NCBI GenBank assembly: GCA_964485475.1
Contig: CAZAKB010000001.1
Location: forward strand, 1-59,320
Direction of reading: 5' to 3'
Source: an uncultured bacterium
GTDB lineage: Bacteria; Fidelibacterota; UBA2242
DNA length: 59,320 bases
A program made the position numbers and the translations under genes. Below the pieces are notes generated by a model. That model saw only the letters and a list, made by a program, of their open reading frames with translations, had not been told where the DNA came from and searched no databases. Shown here one piece after another: positions 56,524 to 59,320 of the stretch. Positions within the stretch are counted from its first letter, which is position 1; every line of letters begins with the position of its first letter.

Positions 56524-59320
56524 ATGCGGCAAACTCGCTATTCATTTTCCTTATTTGTAAATATTATAATTATTGCGGTATTTCATTTCCTGCAGGCGGC
56601 TGATTTACCAATAATCATCGAAGCGGAATACGGCCAATATACCGATTATAAATTGCTTTCTGATAATAAAGCATCAAATGGTCAATACCTGGAAATGAAG
56701 AGCAGTGGTAGTGCCAAATGGGAATTCCAAATTCCAAAAGACGGTTGGTATAATCTTAAAATACGATATCGCTCGCCTCAGGGTGAAAAAGAGAACACGA
56801 TTATCAAAAATGGCATTACCCTGAGGACGGGCTTTGGATGGACGGAAAACTGGACCAATCTGGAACGGCCACTAATCCTGAAAAAAGGAGTCAATATAAT
56901 CGAACTGCTTCCGAAATGGGGCAATATCGATATCGATTGTATAAGTATCGAAAATGTCGCACTTATACCGGAAGTAACTCCTCATAAAAACATATTCTAC
57001 AGCTCATTCCCAAGAGATATAATTCTGAAATTAAAAACCTATGGTCGTGAGATTGAATCACTGACTATTACCGGGCAGCCCTTACTATTTAGTAAAGAAA
57101 AATATGAATACGAAGAAGATACCTGGATGCTGTGCATCAAGGCCGAATCCCTGGTCGGATTAAAATCCGGCGAGCAAACGATTCAGATTCATTATAATTT
57201 CGGCGAATCCACATCATTTATTTTAGAAGTATTTGAAAAACGTGAACCGGCACAGATGACGATTATTGCACCGGATATCAGTCACGGCAATGCCGTACTG
57301 ATTTTATTGCCCAATGGTGAGATCATGCTGGTAGATTGTGCTCAAGCCTATTATCGGGATGCCGTACTTATTCCATTACTGGAGAAAAATGGCATTGATC
57401 GTATCGATTATTTTATTCTGACTCATTATCATGAAGATCACGATGGTGGCGACAAAGGGCAGACAATTCTAAATAAATTCAAGGTTGAACATTTCCGTGA
57501 TTACCGGAATTTTATGGCTGGCGACGAAATGGAAATTGGCGGTGCCCAATTCAAAGTGTTAAATGCCTTTTCCGATGGAACGGATGAAAATACGCGGTCG
57601 CTGGCATTCCGGATGGAATACAATGGTTTTGTGTATCAGCACGATGCTGATATTTATGCGAAGAACCAGCAGCAGATCATGGAGAAATACCCTGATAATG
57701 TAAGAGCGAATGTGTATTCTGCGAATCACCATTTTCATGGATCCACCGATGAGAATTATCTGCGATTGATGCAGCCGGATTTGGTTTTCATTCAGGCAGA
57801 GCAGGCAATCTATGCCCGTAGCGCTTATATGGAAAAATACCTGAAACAATCGGTGAATTGGCTGAAAGAGAATAAAAACAAGATTGTTGAAAACTTACCA
57901 ATGATTGAAGTTGGTACGGCTGTAATTCGGGTTAATTCATCTGATGACTGGAGTTATGAGACCTATAAAGATTGCAATGTTCCCTTTATTCCGTTTTTAC
58001 CTCAGAACAAAAACCTGGCAGAAAAACAGATGCAGGGCCCGGAAGCGCTTGAGGCCTTACAGAACCGGATAGAAAACTACCGGCAAATTATTAGTGATGA
58101 ATTGAAAATATCGCCGAAGTCGGGAGATAGATTATCAGCTACTTTTTATCTGCAATTGGAAAACCTTGAGCGGGCTAGTGAAAATCCGGCCGATAATGCA
58201 AACGATATAAAACGAACTGAAAAAGAATTGGCTGAATTGATTAATTGGGTCCGTGAAGGAAAAGACTATTTTCATGAAAAGCGAGGTCGAATAAAAATTG
58301 GTTATTTATCGGAAATTGATTCCACATTCCAGCCTTTTGATTTAATGATTCCCAATCAATACGATGAAAATAAACAGTATGGCCTGTTGATTTATCTTCA
58401 TGGCAAAGAAGATCCAATTCAGAAATACCGCAATCTGCTTTGGGCGGATGAAGACCCGGGTTTGGATGCGATGAATGTATTTAAAGTCGCGATCTACGGT
58501 CGCCGGAATTGCTATTACCAGGGAGCCGGTGAAGCGGATGTTTTGAGAGTGATTGCTGAAATTCGACAAAATTATCCCATTGATAATTCCCGCATTTTTC
58601 TGATGGGGGCCTCAATGGGTGGTTTCGGAAGTTGGTATTACGGACTGAACTATACTGATCAATTTGCGGCTATTAGTCCGATATGCGGACGAACGATTAC
58701 CGGAAAAGACTTCTATAGCCAGACTGTTAATCCGTCCTCTTATGTTGTAAATGCTCTGCATCTGCCGGTCAGATTCTATCATGGCGATACGGACCCCGTG
58801 GTTCCCGTGGAAGAATCACGAGTTATGGTTCAACAGTTGGATTCCTTGCACTATGATTATATTTATACGGAATTTCCGGGAGTGAAACATGATTCCTGGA
58901 AAAATGCTCGGGCCGACAAAGAACGCATACCCTGGTTAATAAAATATAGTCTTGATGCGTATCCCGATACTATCGTTAAAAAATGTTTTTATCTGAAACA
59001 TGGCAAAGCCTATTGGATGGAAATTACATCCAAAAGAACTTGGAATGATTTTGCCGTAATAAAAGCCTTTATTTCTGATGAGAACATGATCCAGGTAAAG
59101 ACCAAAAATATTGATGAGTTCAAAATTGGTGATCTGCCGATTCAGGGTGATAAATTACAGATAAATATTGACGGAAAAGAACTGACGGTCGCCAATAAAT
59201 CGGGCTGGACATCCTTTTTTCTTAATGACAATAACATCTGGCAAATAGGGGAAAAATCAGTATCCGGATTGTATAAACACAAAGGTTTGGAAGGGCCATG
59301 GCTGGATGCAGAGATGAAGC
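56524..59320 (+). CDS. Secreted three-part fusion, 3'-truncated by the window: a CBM6/35-like module, a metallo-beta-lactamase fold and an alpha/beta-hydrolase esterase
   Basis: This frame is open from ATG 56524 to the window end. It is absent from the ORF track because it has no stop. It has a signal peptide. The CBM-like module runs IIEAEYGQY...NGQYLEM...IDIDCISIE. The MBL motif is LTHYHEDHDGG. The esterase has a GASMGG nucleophile elbow, HGDTDPVVP and GVKHDSW (a Ser-Asp-His triad). Confidence 0.6.
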   Translation, partial: MRQTRYSFSLFVNIIIIAVFHFLQAADLPIIIEAEYGQYTDYKLLSDNKASNGQYLEMKSSGSAKWEFQIPKDGWYNLKIRYRSPQGEKENTIIKNGITLRTGFGWTENWTNLERPLILKKGVNIIELLPKWGNIDIDCISIENVALIPEVTPHKNIFYSSFPRDIILKLKTYGREIESLTITGQPLLFSKEKYEYEEDTWMLCIKAESLVGLKSGEQTIQIHYNFGESTSFILEVFEKREPAQMTIIAPDISHGNAVLILLPNGEIMLVDCAQAYYRDAVLIPLLEKNGIDRIDYFILTHYHEDHDGGDKGQTILNKFKVEHFRDYRNFMAGDEMEIGGAQFKVLNAFSDGTDENTRSLAFRMEYNGFVYQHDADIYAKNQQQIMEKYPDNVRANVYSANHHFHGSTDENYLRLMQPDLVFIQAEQAIYARSAYMEKYLKQSVNWLKENKNKIVENLPMIEVGTAVIRVNSSDDWSYETYKDCNVPFIPFLPQNKNLAEKQMQGPEALEALQNRIENYRQIISDELKISPKSGDRLSATFYLQLENLERASENPADNANDIKRTEKELAELINWVREGKDYFHEKRGRIKIGYLSEIDSTFQPFDLMIPNQYDENKQYGLLIYLHGKEDPIQKYRNLLWADEDPGLDAMNVFKVAIYGRRNCYYQGAGEADVLRVIAEIRQNYPIDNSRIFLMGASMGGFGSWYYGLNYTDQFAAISPICGRTITGKDFYSQTVNPSSYVVNALHLPVRFYHGDTDPVVPVEESRVMVQQLDSLHYDYIYTEFPGVKHDSWKNARADKERIPWLIKYSLDAYPDTIVKKCFYLKHGKAYWMEITSKRTWNDFAVIKAFISDENMIQVKTKNIDEFKIGDLPIQGDKLQINIDGKELTVANKSGWTSFFLNDNNIWQIGEKSVSGLYKHKGLEGPWLDAEMK

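Noticed and set aside
1-59320. A search for tRNA, rRNA, CRISPR repeats, transposases, integrases, toxin-antitoxin pairs or defence-system genes.
   Set aside because: I saw no cloverleaf-like GC-rich segments and no regularly spaced direct repeats. No ORFs carry recombinase, DDE or nuclease-NTPase defence signatures. All large ORFs are accounted for by transport, hydrolase, regulator or surface-protein calls.

Overview
This 59.3-kb window is AT-rich, densely coding and almost entirely on the + strand; only one regulator gene is on the - strand. I found no rRNA, tRNA, CRISPR array or mobile element. Nine proteins end in T9SS-type C-terminal sorting domains, Shine-Dalgarno sites are present, and no SusD homologue is visible. 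By inference this suggests an FCB-superphylum bacterium outside the classical Bacteroidetes. The window splits into two polymer-utilisation loci, separated by a 765-bp non-coding gap (33893-34657).

Locus A (about 240-33892) looks like an extracellular phosphodiester and organophosphate scavenging locus.
- It begins with an operon encoding a glycerophosphodiesterase lipoprotein, an AraM-like sn-glycerol-1-phosphate dehydrogenase, an AraL-like HAD phosphatase, a GlpT-like antiporter and RpiB.
- A divergent SorC-family regulator follows.
- The remainder is a 27-kb run of + strand genes: a TonB-dependent receptor (TBDR), a 1033-aa Ca-binding partner protein, a PorV-like barrel, LamG/lamin-tail T9SS proteins, a second GDPD, a parvulin lipoprotein, an S1/P1-type nuclease, a CUT1 ABC transporter with two different ATPases, ribulokinase and two metallophosphoesterases.

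Locus B (34658 to the window end) is a mannan utilisation locus.
- It encodes a LacI regulator and a T9SS protein with three tandem CBM-like modules.
- A second cassette follows: TBDR, PorV-like barrel, 1205-aa partner protein and parvulin lipoprotein.
- Downstream are a cellobiose/mannobiose 2-epimerase, a GH130 mannosylglucose phosphorylase, a GH26 mannanase, a metallophosphoesterase-CBM T9SS protein and a CBM/metallo-beta-lactamase/esterase fusion that runs off the window.

The most interesting signal is the duplicated SusD-less outer-membrane cassette: TBDR, PorV-like barrel, a partner protein of over 1000 aa with a variant CTD, and a lipoprotein PPIase. Other notable signals are the G1P-dehydrogenase/GDPD module, a 61-bp promoter/operator block shared by two operons, and the Q-loop Gln->Glu heterodimeric ABC ATPases.
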